Counted from the first letter of the stretch, positions 21,022-30,417 are shown. The stretch: 64,000 nucleotides of DNA from Actinomycetota bacterium (GCA_947450175.1 CANFUR010000001.1:406-64405), one strand, 5' to 3'. The notes: generated by a model not told the origin, from the letters alone. Program-made: numbers and translations.

Positions 21022-21206
21022 TCTTTTTTAACTTTATCTCTGTGTGATCCATCGCAGTTTGGTTTATCTTTTGATAAACCGCACCCACAAAACTTCACAT
21101 TCTCTTTAGTTTCAAGAATGTTGCCTTCGCTATCGACGAAATCAACTGGCCCAATAACCTTTATAGATCCACTTACTGGGTTGATATAAATGCGTGCGTT
21201 ATCCAT
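21018..21206 (-). CDS. CDGSH iron-sulfur domain protein
   Basis: 62 aa. FCGCGLSKDKPNCDGSH fits the CDGSH signature C-x-C-x2-S-x3-P-x-C-D-G-S-H exactly. Confidence 0.75.
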   Translation of the reverse strand: MDNARIYINPVSGSIKVIGPVDFVDSEGNILETKENVKFCGCGLSKDKPNCDGSHRDKVKKD

Positions 21207-21209
21207 GGT

Positions 21210-22892
21210 TTAGTCGAGGTAGTCGCGCAAAACCTGGCTGCGTGATGGGTGACGAAGCTTTGACATTGTCTTAGATTCAATCTGGCGAATACGTTCACGA
21301 GTAACGCCGTACACCTTTCCGATTTCATCTAATGTCTTTGGCTGACCATCGGTTAGACCAAAGCGCATTGCAACTACTCCTGCTTCACGCTCTGACAACG
21401 TATCTAGAACTGAGTGCAACTGCTCTTGCAACAATGTAAATGAAACCGCATCGGCTGGAACTACGGCCTCGGAGTCTTCAATCAAATCACCGAACTCTGA
21501 ATCGCCTTCCTCGCCCAATGGCGTATGCAGGGAAATAGGTTCACGGCCATATTTTTGAACTTCAACAACCTTTTCAGGAGTCATATCGAGTTCTTTAGCT
21601 AACTCTTCTGGGGTCGGTTCACGACCAAGATCCTGCAACATCTGGCGCTGAACACGTGCCAACTTATTAATAACTTCAACCATGTGGACTGGAATACGAA
21701 TTGTGCGGGCCTGGTCAGCCATCGCACGGGTAATTGCCTGGCGAATCCACCATGTTGCATACGTTGAGAACTTGTAGCCCTTTGTGTAGTCGAATTTTTC
21801 AACTGCGCGGATCAAACCCAAGTTACCTTCTTGAATCAGGTCGAGGAAAAGCATTCCGCGGCCGGTATAACGCTTAGCAAGTGAAACAACCAGACGAAGG
21901 TTTGCTTCGAGCAAGTGATTCTTTGCGCGCTTTCCATCTTCGACTAGCCATTCAAGTTCGCGCTTTAATTTCTTTTCCATCTTCTTTTCTTCTTTAATTT
22001 TTGCCTCAGCAAAAAGGCCTGCTTCCACACGTGTAGCAAGCTCTACTTCAAGTTCGGCGTTCAATAGAGCAACACGGCCGATCTGCTTGAGGTAATCCTT
22101 TACTGGGTCAGCAGTTGCACCAGCAGTCATAACTGTCTGAGCCGGAGCATCATCTTCTTCGGAGGCCTTTAATGTAAAGGCATTTTCTTCATTACCGGAT
22201 GCTTCTTCAGTTAAATTAACTACTCGAGGTTGATTACTCTTGTCCTCTTCTTCACCATCGATAATATCGACAGCTTCTTTAATTAAAGTCTCTACGTCTT
22301 CTAATTCAACTTCTTCTAATTCAACTTCTTCGCCATCAATCTTGACCACTTCAGCTTTACCAGACTTGGCATCCATCTTTGGTGCTTCTAATGGCTTAAC
22401 TGGTTCTGGCTTTGGTTCAATTAATGCATATTCACTCTTCTTCAAAATACGTGAAGGTGAACCTAGCCCTGCCTTACGTAGCTTTTCAACGATTACTGGA
22501 AGAGAAGTTGCTAATACGCGAGCTTCATCTACTAGATCCTTGTCTATCTTTTTAGGAATTCGGTGGATCGAAGTAATGCCGCGCTTTTCAAGCTCTGCTA
22601 GAACTTCTTGCTGGCGAAGAACTGCGTTCTTTGCATCAACAATTGCCTGAACGTCTTTTGCTGTTAAATCTTTTTTCAGCGCAATCTTTACGGGTGCAAC
22701 CTTTTTTGCAACAGGTGCGGCTTTCTTAGCTACTGCTTTCTTTGCAACAGCTTTTTTAACAGGTGCGCTCTTTTTAGCCGCTGCTTTTTTTGCAGGTGCG
22801 GCCTTTTTTGCAGCCGATTTCTTTACAGGTGTAGCCTTTTTTTCAACGGCCTTCTTTGTCACCTTGTTTTTGAGCGCACTAAATACAGCCAC
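21210..22892 (-). CDS. rpoD: RNA polymerase principal sigma factor (HrdB/SigA type)
   Basis: The C-terminal ~330 aa are almost identical in pattern to Streptomyces HrdB as remembered (regions 1.2-4.2, e.g. [38 protein letters not shown]). The N-terminus is AKKA-repeat rich. GTG start with an AAAGGA RBS. Confidence 0.95.
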   Translation of the reverse strand: MAVFSALKNKVTKKAVEKKATPVKKSAAKKAAPAKKAAAKKSAPVKKAVAKKAVAKKAAPVAKKVAPVKIALKKDLTAKDVQAIVDAKNAVLRQQEVLAELEKRGITSIHRIPKKIDKDLVDEARVLATSLPVIVEKLRKAGLGSPSRILKKSEYALIEPKPEPVKPLEAPKMDAKSGKAEVVKIDGEEVELEEVELEDVETLIKEAVDIIDGEEEDKSNQPRVVNLTEEASGNEENAFTLKASEEDDAPAQTVMTAGATADPVKDYLKQIGRVALLNAELEVELATRVEAGLFAEAKIKEEKKMEKKLKRELEWLVEDGKRAKNHLLEANLRLVVSLAKRYTGRGMLFLDLIQEGNLGLIRAVEKFDYTKGYKFSTYATWWIRQAITRAMADQARTIRIPVHMVEVINKLARVQRQMLQDLGREPTPEELAKELDMTPEKVVEVQKYGREPISLHTPLGEEGDSEFGDLIEDSEAVVPADAVSFTLLQEQLHSVLDTLSEREAGVVAMRFGLTDGQPKTLDEIGKVYGVTRERIRQIESKTMSKLRHPSRSQVLRDYLD

Positions 22893-22939
22893 AATTGTCC
22901 TTTGGTTTTTATCAGCGAGCGCGCTGATGCGATGGCTAT

Positions 22940-22945
22940 ATTATA
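22940..22945 (-). promoter_or_regulatory. candidate -10 hexamer (TATAAT) upstream of rpoD
   Basis: Perfect TATAAT on the minus strand about 50 nt upstream of the rpoD GTG. No convincing -35 element. Confidence 0.25.
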
Positions 22946-22992
22946 ATTTGTCCACAGGGGTAAATGCACATCCAAAACCGTTATTTTGCCAA

Positions 22993-24081
22993 CTATTCGG
23001 CCAGTTTCAAGGCCTGCCTAATCACATTTCCCACTGATTCAACCTCCACAAGAAAGCCGTCATGGCCAAATGGAGAGGAAATCGTTACAAGTGGCGCAGC
23101 TTGTGGCGCAAACTCAGCGATCTCAGCCTGCAAACGCTGGGGGAAGAGGCGATCGGTATCAATTGATACGGCAACGACTGGGATGGCAATTGAATTGAGC
23201 GCCGCAGCCACTCCGCCCCGTTCTCGACCTATGTCGTGGGAAATCATGGCCTCGGTGAGGGCTATATAGGTGTTTGCATCAAAGCGGCGGGACAACTTGT
23301 CTGCTTGATGGTCTAGATATGACTCGACTGCATAACGTCCGGTGTCATCACCTTGAAGCTCACGGCCAAAACGTATATCCATCTCAGCCTCTGTCCGGTA
23401 CGTCAGGTGAGCAATGCGCCGGGCAATCCCCATGCCCTCAACAGGTCCACGCTCTTGGTCGTAGTAATCACCATTGTTGAAGTTGCGATCAGTTCGAATC
23501 GCGCGAAGTTCAATCGACCACGTGCCAATTTGATCCCCCGTTGCTACGGCCGATGAACCGATAGTGCATATGGCGCCGACTCGATGTGGCAACTGCACTG
23601 CCCACTCTAATGATCGCATTCCTCCAAGAGATGGACCAACGGCCAACACATATTTTTGAATTCCTAGTGCATCACTAAATTCAATTTCGGCATCAACCAT
23701 GTCGCGAATAGTCAGTGATGGAAATCGTGATCCATATCGCTTGCCATCTGGGGCAATTGATGAAGGCCCGGTACTTCCTTGGCATCCACCGATTACATTT
23801 GGACAAAGAACAAAATATTTATCAGTATCAAATGGCATGCCCGGGCCTACCATTGATGGCCACCAACCAGGTACATCTGACCAACCAGTCATGGCATGGT
23901 TTACTAAAATCGCATTGTCTTTTTTATCATTTAAAACGCCCCAGCTCTGATAGGCGATAGTTACATCGCTCAGAATTTCTCCACTCTCGAGGGCCACATC
24001 ACCTATTTTTATGAAACGCCGATCACCGGGTGCATGGTTTTCAAGCCATGCCCCGGTGACCTTCACGGTTTCATCTCTCAT
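22993..24081 (-). CDS. metX: homoserine O-acetyltransferase
   Basis: 362-aa alpha/beta hydrolase with the nucleophile elbow GPSLGGMRSLEW, DTDRLFP and SPFGHDGFL. TAATG overlap with metY. Confidence 0.9.
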   Translation of the reverse strand: MRDETVKVTGAWLENHAPGDRRFIKIGDVALESGEILSDVTIAYQSWGVLNDKKDNAILVNHAMTGWSDVPGWWPSMVGPGMPFDTDKYFVLCPNVIGGCQGSTGPSSIAPDGKRYGSRFPSLTIRDMVDAEIEFSDALGIQKYVLAVGPSLGGMRSLEWAVQLPHRVGAICTIGSSAVATGDQIGTWSIELRAIRTDRNFNNGDYYDQERGPVEGMGIARRIAHLTYRTEAEMDIRFGRELQGDDTGRYAVESYLDHQADKLSRRFDANTYIALTEAMISHDIGRERGGVAAALNSIAIPVVAVSIDTDRLFPQRLQAEIAEFAPQAAPLVTISSPFGHDGFLVEVESVGNVIRQALKLAE

Positions 24082-25403
24082 TATTTGGCGGCAGCAAAAC
24101 CATCTGCAAGGTCTGCTTTGATGTCATCGATATCTTCAAGACCCACAGACAAACGGATTAATCCAGGGTTAACTCCGGCATTGAGTAGTTCTTCTGCAGA
24201 AAGTTGTGAGTGAGTAGTAGATGCGGGGTGAATAACCAAAGATCGCACATCACCAATATTTGCAACGTGAGAGTGCAGATTCAAGCCTTCAACAAATTTC
24301 TTTCCAGCTTCAATTCCTCCCTTAATTTCAAAGGATAAAACCGAGCCTGATCCCTTCGGTGCATACTTTGTAGCAAGTGCGTTGTATGAATTGCCGGGTA
24401 GAGATGAGTAATTGACTTTCTCTACTTGGGGGTGGCTTTCAAGCCATAGTGCAACAGCCTTGGCGTTATCTAAATGCGCCTTCATGCGCAGGGTCAGAGT
24501 TTCAAGACCTTGAGCTAACAACCAAGCATTAAATGGGCTAACTGCTGCACCTATATCGCGCAACAAAGTCAAACGAATTTTAAAGAGATATGAAAGGTTG
24601 GCACCAAATGCCGATCCAACACCTAGTGCTTGGGCATATACCAGCCCGTGATAGGAAGGATCTGGGGTGTTAAAACTTTTAAACTTTTCTGGATAACGTG
24701 CATAGTCAAAATTACCTGAATCCACGATTGCTCCGACAACTGCATTTCCGTGACCAGCTAAGAATTTGGTTGCGGAGTGTACAACTACATCTGCACCGAA
24801 TTCGATTGGCTTAATTACATATGGTGTTGCAACTGTGTTATCGACAATTAATGGCACATGATTTTCATGCGCAACCTTTGCAACTGCTTCGATATCCAAA
24901 ATATCATTATTCGGATTTGAGATTGTCTCACCGAAAAACGCCTTCGTGTTTGGACGAACTGCTTTTGCCCATTCAGCAGGATCATTAGGGTTATCAACAA
25001 AAGTAACCTCAACACCAAAAGTAGGCAATGTGTAATGGAACAAGTTATAAGTTCCACCGTAGAGATACTTTGATGAAACAATGTGATCACCGGCAGTTGC
25101 AACAGCTAAGACTGCAAAAGTTGTAGCTGCAGAACCTGAAGCAAGAAGAAGAGCAGCAACGCCACCTTCAAGAGATGCAATGCGTTTTTCAACGACATCC
25201 TGCGTTGGATTCATGATGCGGGTATAGATATTGCCTAGCTCTGCCAAACCAAAAAGATCTGCCGCATGCTTTGTGTCACGGAATTGATACGCAGTGGTTT
25301 GATACAGAGGAAGTGCACGTGCTCCAGTTGTAGGATCTGCAACTTGTCCGGCATGTATCTGACGGGTTTCAAAAGCTGCTTCTTCAAGTGAAAAACTAGA
25401 CAT
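24081..25403 (-). CDS. metY: O-acetylhomoserine aminocarboxypropyltransferase (sulfhydrylase)
   Basis: 440-aa PLP enzyme of the Cys/Met metabolism family with the PLP-Lys motif HSATKFLAGHGN. Confidence 0.9.
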   Translation of the reverse strand: MSSFSLEEAAFETRQIHAGQVADPTTGARALPLYQTTAYQFRDTKHAADLFGLAELGNIYTRIMNPTQDVVEKRIASLEGGVAALLLASGSAATTFAVLAVATAGDHIVSSKYLYGGTYNLFHYTLPTFGVEVTFVDNPNDPAEWAKAVRPNTKAFFGETISNPNNDILDIEAVAKVAHENHVPLIVDNTVATPYVIKPIEFGADVVVHSATKFLAGHGNAVVGAIVDSGNFDYARYPEKFKSFNTPDPSYHGLVYAQALGVGSAFGANLSYLFKIRLTLLRDIGAAVSPFNAWLLAQGLETLTLRMKAHLDNAKAVALWLESHPQVEKVNYSSLPGNSYNALATKYAPKGSGSVLSFEIKGGIEAGKKFVEGLNLHSHVANIGDVRSLVIHPASTTHSQLSAEELLNAGVNPGLIRLSVGLEDIDDIKADLADGFAAAK

Positions 25404-25474
25404 GTAAGTTATTCCTCCCAGTTATGGGAACGCCTAAACGAAGATATGCCAACGCTGGCATAACTTGTGGAATA

Positions 25475-25592
25475 GGTGTTCCACGCTTATCGACTGCGTT
25501 GTGCTAGTCGATCTGGTCTTCACCCGGAGCACCCCACCGTGGTGGAGGGTTGCCGTCTAGTAAGCCGGGGCTAAACACTAGAACTCGTGACC
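25475..25592 (-). promoter_or_regulatory. SAM-IV riboswitch in the metY-metX leader
   Basis: The minus-strand sequence GGTCACGAGTTCTAGTGTTTAGCCCCGGCTTACTAGACGGCAACCCTCCACCACGGTGGGGTGCTCCGGGTGAAGACC... follows the remembered SAM-IV consensus (GGUCAUGAG..AGCCCCGGCUUGCUGG.CGGCAACCCUCCA.C.GCGGUGGGGUGCCCCGGGUGAUGACC). Compensated stems are visible (TCTAGT/ACTAGA, GGTC/GACC). The GGGAGG SD lies downstream. Confidence 0.8.
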
Positions 25593-25620
25593 TGTGGCAG
25601 AGACTAACAGAAGCTCAGGG

Positions 25621-26166
25621 CTACTCAAAAATCCCAGCGGTGACTTTTGGGTGCAGCTCTACTCGCATTGCTGCAAAAGCGGCGGCGGGCCAGCCTGAAC
25701 CAAAAACACGGCGCAGCAAAATCGTTAAAGAATACGTAGGCGCTACTTCGCTAGCGCGATCCAGGCACCTATAAGCAAGAGGTACATCACCTCGTTCGTA
25801 TGCCAAAGTCGCAAAAAGAGTTGCAACCGGTGCTACATAACCAGCTGGTGCAATCTGCAATAAGTAATGCCACATTGACCAGTACGTTTCGAAGCTTTCG
25901 GAGTTATGAGTTCCAAGTGCAAAATCTCTTACTTGTATGTCACTTAGGCGCCCAAGAACTTTGGCGATTAAATCTGGATTGCTATCTACCCCAAACTTTT
26001 CAAACTCAACTGCCAAATCAATTACCGCAGTTGCGCCATCTTGTTGCATCTTTGATAACGCCGCACTTTCTGGGTCAACATAAAAGCTATTAACTAATGT
26101 AACAAATGCAGCATCTGTTGCAAGAGGTAGAGAAGTTATTTGTAGTTCTTCATAATCGGTGGTCAT
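25621..26166 (-). CDS. DUF4192-like protein (short form)
   Basis: I start it at ATG 26166 (MTTDYEELQ), just below the upstream gene stop at 26174. The C-terminal half resembles the DUF4192 pattern (LFATLAYERGDVPLAYRCLDRASEVAPTYSLTILL). Confidence 0.4.
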   Translation of the reverse strand: MTTDYEELQITSLPLATDAAFVTLVNSFYVDPESAALSKMQQDGATAVIDLAVEFEKFGVDSNPDLIAKVLGRLSDIQVRDFALGTHNSESFETYWSMWHYLLQIAPAGYVAPVATLFATLAYERGDVPLAYRCLDRASEVAPTYSLTILLRRVFGSGWPAAAFAAMRVELHPKVTAGIFE

Positions 26167-26173
26167 TGATCTC

Positions 26174-26863
26174 TCATTTCGTGAATCGGGTATTAGCAGC
26201 AACCACGGTGATAACTGCAAATGAAGGTATTTTGATAGTGCCGGTGATTGCACGTGTTGCACCGTTATGCTTGAAATTTCCATTCCAAGTTGCAATCAAT
26301 GTGATGTAATAAACGCCTGGCGCTTTGTACGTGTGGGTTATTTTCTGATGTGGGTAAGGAGCCCCTGGTTCGGTAGTCTGAAAAATTTCACCATCGCCCC
26401 ACTGCCAAGCAAAACCAGGTCGAAGTGCTACATCAATTATTTCGCCAATAATGTTCACACGTGATTGAAATAAAGAAGGAAGATCACACCAGAAAATAAC
26501 TGGCACATGCACAAGCGGCTCAAACTCTGGTTGATAGGCAATAGTTCCGGTAGGCACCATCTTGATCAATCGATCACTTAAATTCACGCTCTTTGTCACT
26601 ACTTTTTTCACACTGATTCGCGCTTTGTATGTGCGCTTAACCGTTGACACCGGCTTCGGTTTGGGCGGAAACCACAGCGTTGGCTTTGGCGTAACCGCGA
26701 CTGGCTTCTTTGTTACAAGACCACCATTACCTTTTTTAGCCGTAATGATTATCTGATTATTTTGTGTGAACACATCCACACAGGCCGTAGTTGAACAATC
26801 TCCAAAGGCCGCACTGGGAGTGGATAAAGCTAGGAAAAGAATGGCGATAATTAAGCGCTTCAT
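26174..26863 (-). CDS. secreted protein with a C-terminal PKD-like domain
   Basis: Signal peptide MKRLIIAILFLALSTPSAAFG, a Lys/Pro/Val-rich linker, and PKD-like motifs WQWGDGE and THTYKAPGVYYITL. Confidence 0.5.
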   Translation of the reverse strand: MKRLIIAILFLALSTPSAAFGDCSTTACVDVFTQNNQIIITAKKGNGGLVTKKPVAVTPKPTLWFPPKPKPVSTVKRTYKARISVKKVVTKSVNLSDRLIKMVPTGTIAYQPEFEPLVHVPVIFWCDLPSLFQSRVNIIGEIIDVALRPGFAWQWGDGEIFQTTEPGAPYPHQKITHTYKAPGVYYITLIATWNGNFKHNGATRAITGTIKIPSFAVITVVAANTRFTK

Positions 26864-26944
26864 GTGTCAGGACGATAAGTGCGCCATATGTCTTAAGCGC
26901 CTGCTCGCTGGGCTAACTGTGGATACATGTGACACTCTTAGTTC

Positions 26945-27412
26945 ATGAGCGCGCGCGATGGAGATGGTTGGGTCCAATGTGCCTGTGGGAATAAACATTG
27001 GGGGCTCAACGGCGCTGCTGGAATCCTGTTACTTCGTGGTGATCAAATCCTGTTACAACACCGCGCTCCGTGGGTCCATAACGGTGACACGTGGGGAATT
27101 CCAGGAGGTGCCCGCGATAGTCATGAATCAGTTCTTGAAGCTGCTATTCGCGAAGCTAAAGAAGAAACTGGAATTGATCCAGTTCATTTAACTCCTATTC
27201 AAACTTTTAGCGATGATCACGGCACGTGGCGCTATGACACAGTAATTGCCCATGCCACAGATTTATTAGTGGCCCATGAACTCAATGATGAATCTCATGA
27301 GGTTCGTTGGGTTCACATTGATCAAGTTGATACCTTGACTTTGCACCCTAGCTTTGAAAAATCCTGGCCGGCGCTACAACAAATCCTTAATGATCTTGTC
27401 GGCCCACTCTAA
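26945..27412 (+). CDS. NUDIX hydrolase
   Basis: Nudix box GIPGGARDSHESVLEAAIREAKEETGI. Confidence 0.85.
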   Translation: MSARDGDGWVQCACGNKHWGLNGAAGILLLRGDQILLQHRAPWVHNGDTWGIPGGARDSHESVLEAAIREAKEETGIDPVHLTPIQTFSDDHGTWRYDTVIAHATDLLVAHELNDESHEVRWVHIDQVDTLTLHPSFEKSWPALQQILNDLVGPL

Positions 27413-27976
27413 ATCTTTTTCCTCTTGGTGAGCCACAACAACAACCGTTACACCTTTTTCGGCTAAACCTTGTAGCAAATCAATAATTCGCCTGCGGCTC
27501 TGAATATCTTGAGCAGCCAATGGTTCATCTAAAAGTAAAACTGGAGTGTTTTGCGCAACTGCCTGCGCAATTGCAACTCGAGCAGATTCTCCTCCAGATA
27601 ACGTTGTTACATGGCGATCAGCGATAGCACTAAGTTCAAGCGCCTGCATGATTTCATCAGCGGGTCCAGCCATCTCGATTACTTGACGGACCGTGAAGCC
27701 CAAAGAGTAAAACTGATTTTGCACAGCCATTGCGCGAATTTTCGATAACTGCATAGCCGATGTAAGCGCAGGGTGCACATCATCAATAGTAATCGTGCCT
27801 TTGATCGGCACAATTGAACCGGCAATGGCTGCAAGCAACGTAGATTTTCCACTGCCATTAGGGCCGACAATTACGGTTATAGAACCGGCCGGAATTTGTT
27901 CAGAATATCCGTAGATAATTTCGCGGCCAGAGATTTCAATAGTAATTTCATTAATGGTAATCATGGCGTTTTCCAT
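27374..27976 (-). CDS. hmuV: iron-chelate/heme ABC transporter ATP-binding protein (compact, 200 aa)
   Basis: Walker A GPNGSGKST, signature LSGGESARV, Walker B LLLDEP and H-loop VAHQ. It overlaps the permease gene by 16 nt. Confidence 0.8.
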   Translation of the reverse strand: MENAMITINEITIEISGREIIYGYSEQIPAGSITVIVGPNGSGKSTLLAAIAGSIVPIKGTITIDDVHPALTSAMQLSKIRAMAVQNQFYSLGFTVRQVIEMAGPADEIMQALELSAIADRHVTTLSGGESARVAIAQAVAQNTPVLLLDEPLAAQDIQSRRRIIDLLQGLAEKGVTVVVVAHQEEKDLEWADKIIKDLL

Positions 27977-28941
27977 GTCGTATTTCGTAAGGCAACTAAA
28001 GCAATCAAGATTGGTGCACCAATCAACGATGTAACCAAACCAATTGGCAGTTCATTTGGCTGGGCAATCGTGCGTGCAAGCGTGTCGGCAATTACTAAAA
28101 GTAAGGCCCCAATTATTGAACTTTGAATTACTAGAAATCTGTGAGACGGACCATAAATAAAGCGAGCGATATGAGGAGCAGCTAACCCAAGAAATGCGAT
28201 TGTTCCTACCGTACTTACAGCGCCACCTGCAGCAATTGAAAGTGCAACCAGCGCTAGTTTTCGCACCTTTGCTACATCTACTCCTAAATGAAATGCCGTT
28301 GCATCACCAAGTGAGAGTCGATCTAAATCCGGAGCAATTGAATAAGCAAGTGCAATACCAATGACAGCAGTAATAAATATTCCTAACAAATTATCTGTTG
28401 TAATAAGTGAAAGCGAGCCAAAGTTCCAAAAAGATATTGATCTGGCATCGGCGCGCGTAACCATGGTGGTTGAGATTCCAACTATGGCGCTTAAAGTGGC
28501 AGTAACAGCGATACCGACAATGATGAGAGCAAATGATGAAAGCCCAGAACGCACGGAAGCTAACTTGAAAGTAAGCGCCGTTGCGGCAATGGCTCCTACT
28601 ACTCCGAATGCAATTGCACCTAAAGATCCCACCTGCACAATTCCAAATAAAATTGCAATTACAGTTGCAAGGGAGGCCCCGGCAGAGGTACCGACAATGC
28701 TGGGTTCAGCCAATGCGTTGTTGCACGCACCTTGCGCCATCAAACCTGCCACAGCCAACGCTGCACCAACTAATAGCGCGGCAATCACACGTGGAAAACG
28801 AATTTGCCACAGAATTGCATTATGGCCAGGATTAAATAGCTCCTTCCAAAAAGCATCTATGTGTGTGGCTCCAATAGCTAGAGAGCCAAGTGTTGCAACC
28901 ACTAAGAGGAGAAGAGTGAAAGCAGGAAGATAGCGCTTCAT
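27961..28941 (-). CDS. hmuU: FecCD/BtuC-type iron-chelate/heme ABC permease
   Basis: 326-aa polytopic membrane protein with the typical FecCD layout. It overlaps the binding-protein gene by 4 nt. Confidence 0.85.
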   Translation of the reverse strand: MKRYLPAFTLLLLVVATLGSLAIGATHIDAFWKELFNPGHNAILWQIRFPRVIAALLVGAALAVAGLMAQGACNNALAEPSIVGTSAGASLATVIAILFGIVQVGSLGAIAFGVVGAIAATALTFKLASVRSGLSSFALIIVGIAVTATLSAIVGISTTMVTRADARSISFWNFGSLSLITTDNLLGIFITAVIGIALAYSIAPDLDRLSLGDATAFHLGVDVAKVRKLALVALSIAAGGAVSTVGTIAFLGLAAPHIARFIYGPSHRFLVIQSSIIGALLLVIADTLARTIAQPNELPIGLVTSLIGAPILIALVALRNTTWKTP

Positions 28942-29849
28942 TTTTTCATGACTTCTACAAGCGCTTTGCTCAATGCGCTAACAAGTGAAGGTGTGCGTGG
29001 GCCAAAAGATAAGAGCAACGAATCATCTACATCAATAATGCGCGAATTTTTACCTGCAGGAGTTTGAGCAACGCCAGGCAGCTTCACTAATCCTTTTACT
29101 CCCCCAACCGATTCCAATCCCTTGCTCATAACCAGAATTACATCAGGTTGAGCTTTCGCTAACGCCTCTGCAGTTAAAGTATTAAAGGCGTGAGGCAGGC
29201 TTTGCGCGCCAACATCAGTTGCACCTATTGCTGCGATGATTGAATCAGCACCAGAACCTGGGCCACCAATTAAATAGATCGAGCTCGTACCGCGAAGGTA
29301 AAGAAAGGCAACACGTGCTGGAGTAGAAATTCTAGAATCTGCAAAAGAATTTTCCATCGCTGTGATTAATTGTGCACCAGCGTTTTGGGATCCAATTGCT
29401 GCAGCAACTGCACTGACTTTGGGTGCTATATCTGAAAGCGTCCAACTTTCGGGGGTTTGTACAACGCGTATTCCTGCGGATTTAATCTGATCAATTGCAG
29501 CTTTAGGACCCGATGACGCATCAATGATTACAAGGTCAGGCTTTAGCGCTACAACCTTTTCTGAGATTATCTGGTGACCAGAAGTAACGATTGGAATATC
29601 GGCCATTGATTTTTCCGTACTAGAAATATCTCGACCTACAAGAATTGAATGTCCACCCAAGGCATCAATTATTTCTGCAACACCATTTGCTAAGACAACA
29701 ACCCGCGATACTATGAATGAATCGGCATTACTTACAGAAATTGCGCTCACATCATTTTGCGAAATTGTCACTGACTTGGCACTGTGCGCATTGGTGCACG
29801 AAGTTAATCCGAGCGCGAGAGCTAAACCAAGAGAACTCCATCTGCGCAT
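28938..29849 (-). CDS. hmuT: heme/iron-chelate ABC substrate-binding lipoprotein (HmuT-like)
   Basis: Starting at ATG 29849 gives the lipoprotein signal MRRWSSLGLALALGLTSC. The body has the class III binding-protein layout resembling HmuT (LKPDLVII, AQPDVILV, FGPRTP). The longer ORF to 29936 lacks a signal peptide. Confidence 0.75.
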   Translation of the reverse strand: MRRWSSLGLALALGLTSCTNAHSAKSVTISQNDVSAISVSNADSFIVSRVVVLANGVAEIIDALGGHSILVGRDISSTEKSMADIPIVTSGHQIISEKVVALKPDLVIIDASSGPKAAIDQIKSAGIRVVQTPESWTLSDIAPKVSAVAAAIGSQNAGAQLITAMENSFADSRISTPARVAFLYLRGTSSIYLIGGPGSGADSIIAAIGATDVGAQSLPHAFNTLTAEALAKAQPDVILVMSKGLESVGGVKGLVKLPGVAQTPAGKNSRIIDVDDSLLLSFGPRTPSLVSALSKALVEVMKK

Positions 29850-29928
29850 TGGGGCAGTCTGCCAAATAAAAGACTGACATATATGCCCAAACTGTCGGAT
29901 ATAGAAAACAAGTGCAAGCATTAAGGTT

Positions 29929-30417
29929 TTGAGCATGAGAAAGCTTGTGGTGATTACTGTTATGGGCCTTCTCTTGTTTGCTATCGCTCCCAGGGCTCAG
30001 GCTGCAACAGTTAAAGGCGCAGCGGGGCAAACGTTAAGCGCATCGCAGACCTCAATTAAATCTGGAAAAACGGTAACCGTAACTGGAGCCCATTTTGATG
30101 AAACCGTTGGAATTTATCTTGGTTTTTGTGTAGTTCCAAAAAAAGGTACTGCACCCACTCCATGCGGTGGTGGAATTAATAAAACCGGTATTAGTGATGC
30201 TTCATTTTGGATCTCATCTAATCCCCCTCCTTATGGGATTGGTTTAGCTAAAGAATTTGCACCAGGTGGTCGATTCAGCGAAAAAATTCAGATTAGTCGA
30301 ATGATTGGAAAGTTTGACTGCACCAAAATTAAATGCGCAATCACGGTACGTGCAGATCATCTGCGTAGTCAAGACCGAAGTTCAGATCTTTTTATCCCAA
30401 TAACTATCAAGAAATAA
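29929..30417 (+). CDS. secreted four-Cys Ig-like domain protein (neocarzinostatin-apoprotein-like pattern), function unknown
   Basis: Signal peptide ending AQA. The domain pattern is GIYLGFCVV..PTPCGG..FWISS..FDCTKIKCAITVRADH..DLFIPITI. Divergent from hmuTUV. Confidence 0.45.
   Translation: MSMRKLVVITVMGLLLFAIAPRAQAATVKGAAGQTLSASQTSIKSGKTVTVTGAHFDETVGIYLGFCVVPKKGTAPTPCGGGINKTGISDASFWISSNPPPYGIGLAKEFAPGGRFSEKIQISRMIGKFDCTKIKCAITVRADHLRSQDRSSDLFIPITIKK

Noticed and set aside
22650-22892. AKKA/KKAAP tandem repeats at the 5' end of rpoD, considered as a novel repeat or histone-like fusion
   Set aside because: Lys/Ala-rich N-terminal repeat regions are a known feature of actinobacterial HrdB-type principal sigma factors (for example Streptomyces HrdB), so this is not novel.
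22911-22928. ATCAGCG-agcg-CGCTGAT hairpin between metX and rpoD, considered as a terminator
   Set aside because: On the minus strand, which both flanking genes use, it is followed by an A-run, not a U-run. It may be a minor structural element in the rpoD leader, but it cannot be called a terminator.
25550-25774. 74-aa plus-strand ORF in the metY leader
   Set aside because: It overlaps the SAM-IV riboswitch and the 3' end of the DUF4192-like gene. The region is better explained as structured RNA.
28361-28933. 190-aa ORF antisense to the FecCD permease gene
   Set aside because: A shadow frame of a hydrophobic membrane-protein gene, with no start context or motifs.
29850-29930. Search for an IdeR/DtxR iron box (TTAGGTTAGGCTAACCTAA-like) in the hmuT / four-Cys-gene divergent region
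   Set aside because: Only a weak partial resemblance (TTAAGGTTTTGAGC) and no convincing palindrome. Regulation may instead involve the adjacent TetR protein.
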